DNA of 53,099 nt from a virus (taxonomy: Duplodnaviria > Caudoviricetes). Numbering within the stretch: position 1 is the stretch's first letter; each line of letters begins with the position of its first letter. The stretch spans positions 1-53,099 of IMG/VR virus record IMGVR_UViG_3300005613_000084; one strand, written 5' to 3'. Shown here in pieces: positions 26,090 through 34,988 of this stretch. Below the pieces are notes generated by a model. The model did no database searches and was not told where the DNA came from. It saw only the letters and a program-made list of their open reading frames with translations. Position numbers and translations under genes: made by a program.

Positions 26090-26380
26090 CCAGAAATCCC
26101 GACTACTCCACCCGCATTCTCACCCGACGTATCGGAGTGTGATGGTTGTAGTAGTTGTGAGGGTTTGGTGGGAATTAGGGTGGATTAGGTGAGATGAGAA
26201 GGGAGATGAGAGGCAGAACAAGGCCCACACGTTAATTCTGAGAGGGTTTGGAGTGTGGGAAGGTAGTTTGGGTCGGATTCGTGAGGAGGGCGTGAGAAGG
26301 CCGCACAGGGCTTCTGAGGTGAGGTGTGGTCAATGTGATGGCGCTTCCTATTTCGCCCTTGTCGTCACATTAATGGCGCA

Positions 26381-26433
26381 ACCATTGCAGAATTGCAACG
26401 TTCACCCCTTAACCATTGCAATATTGCAATGGT
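26381..26433. promoter_or_regulatory. Tandem palindromic operator-like sites
   Basis: Perfect 22-bp palindrome ACCATTGCAATATTGCAATGGT (26412-26433) and an imperfect copy at 26381-26402. Confidence 0.55.
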
Positions 26434-26827
26434 ATCACATGCCAGCCGTCCAATATGGCATGTGCTCACACGTGGCTACACCACACACGTTGTAGTGCCA
26501 TGATGTGTAAGCCCTTGCTACGTCTAGGCTTAGACAGCGCTACGCTCATGGTGTTGTACCATGTGTACAACGAAGCGCGCTCTCAGGGGGGCCCCATGAC
26601 CGTCAAAATCTGAACCACTCCCCCCCCTGTTTACCTTCTTCCGGTTACAGTTAGGTCCGCTCTCCCGACACCCCAAAATTCAACAGAAATCGAAGAACGG
26701 CCCCCTATAGGGACCCATTACTCTTTACGAATTACACCCCTATTTATGTGCATTGTGCTGTTAGCTACCCCCCCGTTGACACTTAATTGGTCGTTTATAC
26801 GCCCGGAAAAAGGGGAATAGGAAGCTC

Positions 26828-26870
26828 TAAGTAAAGTAGTAGTAAGTAGTAGTAGTAACTACTTAGTAGT
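26828..26870. repeat. AGT-rich short tandem repeat with embedded palindrome
   Basis: taagtaaagtagtagtaagtagtagtagtaactacttagtagt; TAAGTAGT-N7-ACTACTTA at 26843-26865. Confidence 0.7.
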
Positions 26871-27308
26871 TCCTCCGCTCTACTGTCCCCGGTGTCCTTG
26901 GTGTCACGGGTAGTGGGCTGAGAGGATATTGAACTTATATTCTATATCCTTTCATATCCGCTCAGATTTTAATTCCGGAGAAACCGGGGCCACCAATAGT
27001 GACTTTATACCTAATTCCTTACTACATAAGGACTTGAACTGTCAAATAAGTGTCATCACTGGTGTCCACCATTATGACAGGATGACCAAGCCCCTCATGG
27101 GACGTAGCTGAACATACAAAAACCAACCGGGGGGGAGATTTCCGGGTCGAGCGGCCTGATTACCAATCATTGGACAGCAGGTCCTCGTGTACGCGCACGT
27201 GGCTCCATGGAGCCTCCATGGAGAGAGGCGATTTCACAATCGTCCTACTCCGGGGTTCTCCATAGAGAAGGACGATCGGTCAGAAAAAATCAGAGATTTT
27301 CCGGGACT

Positions 27309-27347
27309 GTACCGAGACGGATCGAAATTCCCTGGGTAACGTGAAAG
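27309..27347 (+). promoter_or_regulatory. Bipartite promoter-like motif, copy 1 (degenerate)
   Basis: GTACCGAGA-N14-CTGGGTAACGTGAAAG upstream of the HTH pair. Confidence 0.55.
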
Positions 27348-27388
27348 GGACGATAGGTTACCCGTCCTGTTTCAGAGGGAGGAATCGT

Positions 27389-27763
27389 ATGAATGACGAG
27401 AAGAGTGATGCCCAGATGCTTGCTGAGATCATCACGAATGTCAATCCTGGACCGCTGACCTTCGGCGACGTGGTTCGGGCTGCCCGCATCGCAGCTAAGC
27501 TCTCGCAAGAGGAGTGTGCGAAGCGAGCCGGCCTCTCGCAGGTCTACTGGTGCAAGGTGGAGTGCGACAGAAGCGATCCGTCGAAGTGCTACCTGAAGTA
27601 CCGGAAGAAGTTATTGGAGTATGCCCGCGGCGGCGGGAGCCCGACGAAGTACATACGGAGACTGTTCCAGGAGAGCAATGAGCGCATGAAGCGCTTCGCC
27701 GATGCCCTGGGCGTAAGCGTCGAGCAACTGGTCGCTCCGCTGGTCGACAGGGAGGAGAATTGA
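27389..27763 (+). CDS. XRE-family HTH protein with internal insertion
   Basis: GGGAGG RBS; FGDVVRAARIAAKLSQEECAKRAGLSQVYWCKVE...FADALGVSVEQL. Confidence 0.85.
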   Translation: MNDEKSDAQMLAEIITNVNPGPLTFGDVVRAARIAAKLSQEECAKRAGLSQVYWCKVECDRSDPSKCYLKYRKKLLEYARGGGSPTKYIRRLFQESNERMKRFADALGVSVEQLVAPLVDREEN

Positions 27764-27764
27764 G

Positions 27765-28118
27765 ATGTCGTATATGACGCTTGAAGAAAAGCTAATCCAT
27801 TGGTGTCAGACTGATTTCGGACGACGCTTATTGGTGCTCCGCGAGAAGGCTGGGCTAAGTAAAGCGGCTGCTGCGCGTGCGGTCGGTATTTCGCAGGGTT
27901 ATTGGTGGAATATCGAGCGAGGCAACACTGATCCATCTAGGCGCCTCAGAAGGGTTCACCAAGAGATGCTGAAAGTCCTTCGGAACGGCGAAATTCCGAC
28001 CCGAAAATTGAAGCATAAATACCTGTTTTACTATAAGCGTATTAGGAAATATGCTGACGCCATTGGCGTGTCCGTTGTCGAGTTAATGGCCCCGCTTTTT
28101 AGGCTGGACGCGGCCTGA
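27765..28118 (+). CDS. XRE-family HTH protein with internal insertion (tandem paralog)
   Basis: FGRRLLVLREKAGLSKAAAARAVGISQGYWWNIERG...YADAIGVSVVEL. Confidence 0.85.
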   Translation: MSYMTLEEKLIHWCQTDFGRRLLVLREKAGLSKAAAARAVGISQGYWWNIERGNTDPSRRLRRVHQEMLKVLRNGEIPTRKLKHKYLFYYKRIRKYADAIGVSVVELMAPLFRLDAA

Positions 28119-28136
28119 TCCGCCCTTGGACGGCCC

Positions 28137-28160
28137 AGGCCCGCTATGGCGGGTCTTTTT
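28137..28160 (+). terminator. Rho-independent terminator
   Basis: GGCCCGC-tatg-GCGGGTC followed by T5. Confidence 0.75.
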
Positions 28161-28177
28161 CTATTTCTTGGGAGGGG

Positions 28178-28216
28178 GTACCGAGAAAAGAGGTGAGTTC
28201 CTTGTTAGCGTGGAGA
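28178..28216 (+). promoter_or_regulatory. Bipartite promoter-like motif, copy 2
   Basis: GTACCGAGA-N14-CTTGTTAGCGTGGAGA just after the terminator, before the packaging operon. Confidence 0.65.
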
Positions 28217-28245
28217 ATGATACTGCATTTCAGAAGGGAGAATTC

Positions 28246-29787
28246 ATGGGTGTGATTAATGAGTCGAATATGGATGATTACATCAACAGCGTACCGAGCA
28301 CAATAAAGGGGAGAACCTATAAAGCTTGGATCATAGATGAGAAGGATCAGATGAAGCCAGAAGAGAAAATCGAGAAAGCCTATTGCGAGTATCAGGCGTG
28401 GCCCGATCCACCGCGGCGTCGGTTCCAGCCGATCCGGCGAGTGCTCCGCTTCTTGATTAACCGTCTTCCTACTGTCCGGCAATTAAAGGATGAGTTGGCG
28501 CATACGACAGAGGAATTGGCATGTGAACGACGGGCAGTCATTGGGGCTATCGAGAACTCCGATCAGCTTCATACTACCATCGAGCAATTGCGTGAGGAGC
28601 GCGATCAAGCCCGGTGTCAAGAAGTTAAGGCGCATGGCGTCGAAGTAAAGCGTTTGCTTGCGCAACTTGGAAAGCTTCGCACTAAGAACCATGAGCAAGA
28701 GAGTCGCGAGAAAGAGCTTCGGGACTTGCTTTATTGTCGCACTGTTGATCTTCGGCAGGCAACTGCCGATCGTGATGGTGCTTGGAATAGTCTCCAGCAA
28801 GTAAAGGATCAGCGCGATAAGACCTGGCGTTGGCTTGAGGAAATAACAGAAGCTCGCGATGAAATGGTCGATAGAGCCGTTCAGATACTCCAGGAGTGCG
28901 ACGAAGCAAAGCAGAATCACACAGATGCGCTTGCGTGGAATGCCCTGGTTGTTCAGGAGCGCGATGCCTTACGAGTAGAGCGGGATCAAGCCATTAAGGA
29001 TCGCGACAAGCTCCAGGAGACACTTAGTAGCTCTCTCTATCGGCCTGTCGTTGATGCCGAAAAGTACGACGCAGTCGTTGCTGAGCGCGATCACCTTATT
29101 GAAGAGAGTCGCCTGGCGACGATCGCGTATAACTTGCTGGTCAAGAAATTCCAGGATGCTTGCGACAAGAGAGACTACTTCGCCCGGGATGTTAAAATCC
29201 TAGAGGGGCAACGCAATGAGGCTTTGGAATGTGCGAGGGATTTCGATAAGCAGTGTAACGTCCTTGATGGATACAATAAGCAGGCCAACAGCGAGATGGA
29301 TCGCATGAAGAAGATGATTGCTGACCTGGAGGGGGAGCGTGATAAACTCAAGCACGAGGACATCCCGTATCTGAGGAAAGCGCGCGATAGTCGGATTATT
29401 GAACTGAAGAAAGCTCGGGCCGCTGAAACTAAGTTCCATGATGATCTGCGAAAGGCAGTTGGTGTATTGGAGCATTCTATTGGGATTTCTCCCCGTGTAG
29501 TTGAGGGGCCACTTGGCTTCAAGAATCAAGTAGGTCTGATTACTCGATTGCATGATGTTGCCGGTGTATTGAGAACTTTGAGCGAAGCCGGTAAGTGTGT
29601 GGAGGGGAAGTCGGAGCAAGAGAAGCGCTTTGCTATCGCGCTGGAAAACTGCCGGCACTATGCCCAGCAGTCGTTAGGGATTTCTGGGCAGAGTAGCTTC
29701 CATCGTCAGCAGTGCCGCAACATCATCAGGGAGGTCAACGACCAATACCCGTTCGTGTCGGTGAATCAGCAGGAGGACGAGTTGTAA
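28246..29787 (+). CDS. Long coiled-coil protein
   Basis: GGGAG RBS before ATG 28246; recurring ERD/ARD helical motifs. Confidence 0.75.
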   Translation: MGVINESNMDDYINSVPSTIKGRTYKAWIIDEKDQMKPEEKIEKAYCEYQAWPDPPRRRFQPIRRVLRFLINRLPTVRQLKDELAHTTEELACERRAVIGAIENSDQLHTTIEQLREERDQARCQEVKAHGVEVKRLLAQLGKLRTKNHEQESREKELRDLLYCRTVDLRQATADRDGAWNSLQQVKDQRDKTWRWLEEITEARDEMVDRAVQILQECDEAKQNHTDALAWNALVVQERDALRVERDQAIKDRDKLQETLSSSLYRPVVDAEKYDAVVAERDHLIEESRLATIAYNLLVKKFQDACDKRDYFARDVKILEGQRNEALECARDFDKQCNVLDGYNKQANSEMDRMKKMIADLEGERDKLKHEDIPYLRKARDSRIIELKKARAAETKFHDDLRKAVGVLEHSIGISPRVVEGPLGFKNQVGLITRLHDVAGVLRTLSEAGKCVEGKSEQEKRFAIALENCRHYAQQSLGISGQSSFHRQQCRNIIREVNDQYPFVSVNQQEDEL

Positions 29788-30432
29788 GTGGGCAGTATCA
29801 ATGACGCATCGCCAGACAGGATGTCACCGCAGGTCTCGATGCGAGAGTTCCGTAAGCGCTGCCACTCTATCCTCTGGCGGCAAGAGGCAGGCGGGAAGAA
29901 GGACAAGCTCACCTACGACCGTTTTAAGCGGCTCGTAGGTGAGTTTCAGCGGGACGGCGGCATGACGGCCGATCAGGCTGTCGTTGAGGCGGCGAAGGAT
30001 TTTCAGTGCCTCAAGCCGCTTTTCCGGACGTATAACATCTCCGACTACGACCCGCACCCCGAGTCGCACGCGGACACGCCAAGGGTAGATAAGCGGCCGC
30101 GGACGGTCCGGTGTGACGGCAAGTCGCTCTCGTATCGAGAGCAGTTGGCGTGGGCCATGGATGCCGCGGGGAAGTTCCTTCGCGTCGGTGTTGAGCCGGC
30201 GACCTGCCCGAATGATCGGGCTTTTTTTCTTTACATCCAAGCAAAAGAGCAACCCAAAGAGTTTATGCAGCGCCTTGGCCAGGTCGAGGCAAAGGGTGAC
30301 ACAGAAGAGGAAGAGCGTCGTCTATCGAAACGAGCCGGCCAGCGAAGCGTGGAGGAAATTGACGCCATGCTGGCAGAACTAGGAGAGAAACATGAAGAAG
30401 CGTCTTCAGAGAGTGATATGGTGGCTGGATGA
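29788..30432 (+). CDS. Candidate terminase small subunit
   Basis: Helical 214-aa protein upstream of TerL; positional inference only. Confidence 0.45.
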   Translation: MGSINDASPDRMSPQVSMREFRKRCHSILWRQEAGGKKDKLTYDRFKRLVGEFQRDGGMTADQAVVEAAKDFQCLKPLFRTYNISDYDPHPESHADTPRVDKRPRTVRCDGKSLSYREQLAWAMDAAGKFLRVGVEPATCPNDRAFFLYIQAKEQPKEFMQRLGQVEAKGDTEEEERRLSKRAGQRSVEEIDAMLAELGEKHEEASSESDMVAG

Positions 30433-30535
30433 TCTGACTGATTGGGCGAGCAGGATTGGCGAAGTGTTCTCCATAGGTCTGGTGGTTGCGATGTTCGCAT
30501 TTGGGTTCTTGGTGATGCGCATGTTAGCGCCCTAA
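30392..30535 (+). CDS. Small membrane peptide (47 aa)
   Basis: AGGAG RBS; VFSIGLVVAMFAFGFLVM. Confidence 0.5.
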   Translation: MKKRLQRVIWWLDDLTDWASRIGEVFSIGLVVAMFAFGFLVMRMLAP

Positions 30536-30550
30536 TGGGGAGGGAGAGAA

Positions 30551-30676
30551 ATGAAGAGTTATCTATCGGGCCTCCTGTTCGGTTGTGGTGTGGTTGTCTT
30601 TCTGATCGTTTATGCCCTCTGGTGTCTTGCTGTCGTGGAAGCGGCTGTGTGGTACGCAGAGAGATTCATACTTTAA
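30551..30676 (+). CDS. Small membrane peptide (41 aa)
   Basis: GGGAG RBS; LLFGCGVVVFLIVYALWCLAVV. Confidence 0.5.
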   Translation: MKSYLSGLLFGCGVVVFLIVYALWCLAVVEAAVWYAERFIL

Positions 30677-30690
30677 GAGGGGAGAGTTAC

Positions 30691-30975
30691 ATGCCAGTAT
30701 ATGGCGCTATCTGCCGTGGTCCGTTAGCGTTCGCTGAAGATTTTTACGTCGACCGGATGCATCGGCGCATTCATTGGGGCGACCTGGCGGATACGAAGAA
30801 GATTGAGCTTCTTCGCAGCTTTACCCGTAAGGTGAACATACTAGAGAGGGCCGTCTGGATGGCAGCTTTGGAACTCAGTTGTGGCAATCAGCGCGACACC
30901 TTGGATAGGTTTGGGAAGTTGATTGATGCCGCAACTGAGTATGATGAGCAACGACGGCAAGAACTGACTGAATGA
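30691..30975 (+). CDS. Hypothetical protein
   Basis: GGGGAG RBS before ATG 30691; ATGA-coupled to TerL. Confidence 0.6.
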   Translation: MPVYGAICRGPLAFAEDFYVDRMHRRIHWGDLADTKKIELLRSFTRKVNILERAVWMAALELSCGNQRDTLDRFGKLIDAATEYDEQRRQELTE

Positions 30976-32789
30976 AAGTCTCCACCTCTTTTGCACATCA
31001 TGTTCCGACTGACATAAGGGAGAACCTTCGGTGGAAGGCCAAAATCCATCGAAGAGTCATGGACGACCCTGCGTATGCAGAAGTGATTTGGGACGCCTGT
31101 AAGCAGGACCCGATTTTCTATGTGAATGGGTTTGTGTACACTTACGACCCGCGCCGAGAGCCGTTTCCTAAGGTGCCGATGATCCTGTTTCCGTTCCAGG
31201 TGGACGGCCTGTCACAGATCATCCGTGCGCTCAATGCGCACGATATTTTTGTTGAGAAATCGCGAGACATGGGGGCCTCGTGGCTCTGTATCCTTGCGCT
31301 TGAATGGGCATGGCACTTCCATGACGACCTGGCGTTTCTGATGGGGTCTCGGGTCGAGGACTACGTAGACAAGACGGACAACCCGAAGGCGCTCTTTTGG
31401 AAGATCGACTTCCTCCATCGCCATCTACCGAAATGGTTAATGCCCCCTGGCTACACCAGCGCGTATCGCAGTAAGCTGCATATTTTCAACCCGTACACCG
31501 GGTCGGTGATTGATGGCGAATCGACCACAGAGAACTTCGCTCGTGGCGCCCGGTTGACGGCAATCCTGCTGGATGAGTTTGCAGCGGTCGATCAGGGGCA
31601 CCAAATCTTGGGCGCGACCCGCGATGCCACGAACTGCCGGATATTCAACTCGACTCCCGCCGGGATCGCCAATGCCTATTATGACGTACGGCAGACCGGA
31701 ATCCGGAAGCTCCGTTTCCATTGGTCGGAACATCCGCTGAAGAATCCCGGGCTCTACACTACGGCCAAAGATGGCACCTTGAAGGTGCTCGACAAGGAAG
31801 GTTATCCCGACCGTTATCGCCCAACACTGGACGGCAAGCTCCGCTCGCCCTGGTATGACATACAATTCGATCGGGCCGCGTCACCCCGCGAGATTGCGGA
31901 ACAACTGGATATCGACTACCTCGGCTCCGGTTATCAGTATTTCTCGGCAGAGGCCATTCAGAGGGCAATTCGTCGATTCGCTTGCGATCCGATCCTCGTG
32001 GGTGACCTGGAATATGATTCCGTCACTGCGGAGCCGATTCGCTTCAGGGAGCATCAGGAGGGCCGGCTGAAGCTCTGGTGCCTGCTGAATAGGGATGGCA
32101 GCCTGACGATCGATCACCCGGTGGTTATCGGTGGGGACGTGTCGGCCGGTACGGGTAGCAGTAACTCCTGTTTGTGTGCCTATGATGCCACAACAAATGA
32201 GAAGCTTGCCGAGTATGCCAATCCGTATATCCGCCCCGAGGAATTCGCCAGGCAGGCCGTGGCGCTGGCGCAATGGCTGAACAAGGCATATCTGATATGG
32301 GAGAACAACGGCGTTGGTCGGCAGTTTGGTTCTCGTGTGGTTGAGCTTGGCTATGGCAATATCCATTACCGCCGGCGTGAAGAGGCGATCAGCAAGAAAG
32401 TATCGGACGTGCCGGGTTGGGCCAGCACGATCGAGACGAAGCTTGTTCTAATGGGGAGCTATCGCGCCGGGGTTGAGAATTCCAAGATCGTCAACCGGTC
32501 GAAGATCGCGCTGGAGGAGACGTTGGAGTATATCTTTGACGCCAAGGGCGGTGTAGCGCACTCGCGAGAAAACAGCAAAACCGATCCGACCGGCGCAAAG
32601 AAGAATCACGGTGACCGGGTAATGGCCGATGCGTTGGCCCAGCATGGCCTCACGGCGCGCCGCACGGCTCCACCGAAATTAGAGAAGCAGAAGGCACCAT
32701 ACGGCTCTCTTGCGTGGCGCATGGAGCAACGGAGACAGGCAGAACAATCTCCAGGGAGGGAGCTATTACATTCGGAAGGCTGGGGGTAA
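30972..32789 (+). CDS. terL: Terminase large subunit
   Basis: LFPFQ adenine-binding motif, KSRDMGASW Walker A variant, ILLDE Walker B, NSTP, nuclease GGDVSAG, WENNG, HGDRVMADAL. Confidence 0.93.
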   Translation: MKVSTSFAHHVPTDIRENLRWKAKIHRRVMDDPAYAEVIWDACKQDPIFYVNGFVYTYDPRREPFPKVPMILFPFQVDGLSQIIRALNAHDIFVEKSRDMGASWLCILALEWAWHFHDDLAFLMGSRVEDYVDKTDNPKALFWKIDFLHRHLPKWLMPPGYTSAYRSKLHIFNPYTGSVIDGESTTENFARGARLTAILLDEFAAVDQGHQILGATRDATNCRIFNSTPAGIANAYYDVRQTGIRKLRFHWSEHPLKNPGLYTTAKDGTLKVLDKEGYPDRYRPTLDGKLRSPWYDIQFDRAASPREIAEQLDIDYLGSGYQYFSAEAIQRAIRRFACDPILVGDLEYDSVTAEPIRFREHQEGRLKLWCLLNRDGSLTIDHPVVIGGDVSAGTGSSNSCLCAYDATTNEKLAEYANPYIRPEEFARQAVALAQWLNKAYLIWENNGVGRQFGSRVVELGYGNIHYRRREEAISKKVSDVPGWASTIETKLVLMGSYRAGVENSKIVNRSKIALEETLEYIFDAKGGVAHSRENSKTDPTGAKKNHGDRVMADALAQHGLTARRTAPPKLEKQKAPYGSLAWRMEQRRQAEQSPGRELLHSEGWG

Positions 32790-32791
32790 CG

Positions 32792-34537
32792 ATGGCGAAA
32801 ATGACAAATCCGCTGAATATGGTGCAGTTTCGGCGACTGCGTCAGAGTATTGAGTGGTCGGAAAAGCAACTGGAGTTTCCGCGCAGGAAGCGCATCGAGG
32901 GGATTAAGCAGTTTGTCGGCACGCACTATTTTGATGGCGGTGCAGAGAAGCGCGTCCCGGCTCCATTCTTGAAACTGGCCGTGACGATCCTTGTGCGTAT
33001 GCTGGCCCCTCGTGTGCCACGAGTTATGATCGACACGAAAGAGGCCGGGTATGAGCCAGTGGCCGCGAATCTGGAACTGGCAGTGAATCAGATACCGGCG
33101 GAGATCGGGCTGCAAGATACGATGCGCCGGCTCGTTACTGAGGCGCTTTTCTCGTCTGGCTGGCTCAAGATCGGGTTGCATAAGGTAGGAGAGGTTCTTG
33201 GGCACGACTATGGCGAGTCGTTCGTCGACCTGGTGACGTTAGACGACCTCGTACTCGACATGGGGGCAAAGCACTTCGATCAAATCCAGTATATCGGCAA
33301 CGACTACTGGCTGAATCTTGAAGATGTGATGGAGAACGACTGGTTCCCGAAGAAATGGAAAAACGGCCTGACGCACGATGAGTACACGACGATCGGCGAG
33401 GGGGGGGAAGAGCGAGCCGAGGGTATATCGCAAGGTTCGACCCCCGAGTTGTTCCGGCGGAAGGTCTTCCTGCGGGACGTGTGGCTGCCGCGGGAGAAGG
33501 CCGTCGTCACGTATGCACCGCGAAAAGAACGTCGGTTGAATGTGGTGGACTGGGCCGGCCCGGAGACTGGCCCGTATCTCAAGCTCGGTTTCGAGGACGT
33601 ACCCGGAAACGTGCTGCCTTTACCGCCGATCGCGGCATGGCGCGACCTGCATGAGTTGTCGAATGTCCTGTTCAGGAAGCTCGGCGACCAGGCAGACGCG
33701 CAGAAAACGGTAGTCGGATTCCATGGAGATGATGAGGCCGCGCAGAATTTCCGTAATGCGAAAGATGGCGAAGGTATTACACTCGTTGGCCAGGAACCGA
33801 CGAACATGAAGGTAGGCGGTGTCGAGCAACCGACCCTCGCGTTCTTCCTGCAATGTCGCGACCTCTATAGCTATTTCGCGTACAACATGGATTCCCTTGG
33901 CGGGCTCGCGCCACAGGCAGAAACGCTTGGGCAGGATAAGCTGATTGCCGAGGCATCCAATGCGCAAATTCGCAGCATGGCTGACCAGGTGGTTGACTTA
34001 TCGAAGGAAGTCTTCCGTTCGCTGGCCTTCTATGAGTGGCACGATCCGATTCGCCGCCGGCAACTGCGTAAGACAGTCCCGGGCACGAATCTCTCGATTG
34101 TCGTGCCGTGGGACCGCTCGTCCCGCGTCGGCTCGTTCGGTATCTACGACCTGGATATTGACGTGTTCTCACTCCAGGACGACTCGCCGGCCACAAAGCT
34201 GCAAAAGCTCAGGCTGATCCTCGCTGAGTTCATAATGCCGTTCATGCCTGCGGTCGAGCAGGCCGGCGGGATGCTGGACGTGCAGGAAATCTTCGCGCTG
34301 ATCGCCAAATACGCCGATTTCGATGAGTTGAATCGGCTGATCGTCTGGGCCGACCAGGCGATGGGCGGCGGTGGTGGAGAGAAGCCAGGAATGCCGGCCA
34401 ACACGACCCGGACGTATGAGCGAGTCAACCGCCCCGGGGCCACGGATCGCGGCAAGAGCCAAATCCTCCAGCAGGCCCTTCTCGGCGGACGGCCCCAGGA
34501 GAGCGAGACCGCTGCCCTGGGTCGGCAGAGTGGGTAG
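32792..34537 (+). CDS. Portal protein
   Basis: About 580 aa immediately after TerL and before the scaffold/capsid genes. Confidence 0.8.
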   Translation: MAKMTNPLNMVQFRRLRQSIEWSEKQLEFPRRKRIEGIKQFVGTHYFDGGAEKRVPAPFLKLAVTILVRMLAPRVPRVMIDTKEAGYEPVAANLELAVNQIPAEIGLQDTMRRLVTEALFSSGWLKIGLHKVGEVLGHDYGESFVDLVTLDDLVLDMGAKHFDQIQYIGNDYWLNLEDVMENDWFPKKWKNGLTHDEYTTIGEGGEERAEGISQGSTPELFRRKVFLRDVWLPREKAVVTYAPRKERRLNVVDWAGPETGPYLKLGFEDVPGNVLPLPPIAAWRDLHELSNVLFRKLGDQADAQKTVVGFHGDDEAAQNFRNAKDGEGITLVGQEPTNMKVGGVEQPTLAFFLQCRDLYSYFAYNMDSLGGLAPQAETLGQDKLIAEASNAQIRSMADQVVDLSKEVFRSLAFYEWHDPIRRRQLRKTVPGTNLSIVVPWDRSSRVGSFGIYDLDIDVFSLQDDSPATKLQKLRLILAEFIMPFMPAVEQAGGMLDVQEIFALIAKYADFDELNRLIVWADQAMGGGGGEKPGMPANTTRTYERVNRPGATDRGKSQILQQALLGGRPQESETAALGRQSG

Positions 34538-34556
34538 TGGTAGTTCTTGTTGGCGG

Positions 34557-34595
34557 GTACTGAGACGTTTTCTCATTCTCTTGTTAGCGTGGAGA
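34557..34595 (+). promoter_or_regulatory. Bipartite promoter-like motif, copy 3
   Basis: GTACTGAGA-N14-CTTGTTAGCGTGGAGA before the capsid operon. Confidence 0.65.
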
Positions 34596-34610
34596 TAGTG
34601 AAGGGGAGAT

Positions 34611-34979
34611 ATGCCTACGTACTGCTACAGCAGCCCGGACGAGCCCGGGAAGATTTATGAGTTCGTTTTTCCGATGGGCCAGGCCCCGCGGCAGATCGAG
34701 CTTTTGGTCGGCAAGGTGACAGTGGAGCGCGACTACAGGGCTGAGTTGGCTGGAGCCACGATTTCAGTCCGTGGCGGCAGCGACACTCGGTCGAAGGCGT
34801 GGCCACGAACTTGTTATGCCAGCGGTGTGAATGCCGCCCAGGCCGGCGAGCTTCGGCAGCATCTTCGCGATCGCGGAGTGCCCACTGAAGTCACGGCCGG
34901 TGGAGACCCCGTTTATACGTCCGCAGCGCATGAGCGGAAGGCCCTGAAAGTGCGCGGAATGTACAACAAGAAAGGTTAG
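34611..34979 (+). CDS. FmdB-like small protein
   Basis: MPTYCY...YEFVFPM N-terminus; between portal and scaffold; canonical CxxC pairs absent. Confidence 0.55.
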   Translation: MPTYCYSSPDEPGKIYEFVFPMGQAPRQIELLVGKVTVERDYRAELAGATISVRGGSDTRSKAWPRTCYASGVNAAQAGELRQHLRDRGVPTEVTAGGDPVYTSAAHERKALKVRGMYNKKG

Positions 34980-34988
34980 GAGAGAGCT

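Noticed and set aside
26253-27111. Short ORFs in the central non-coding region
   Set aside because: No RBSs, low-complexity and palindromic DNA; more consistent with regulatory sequence.
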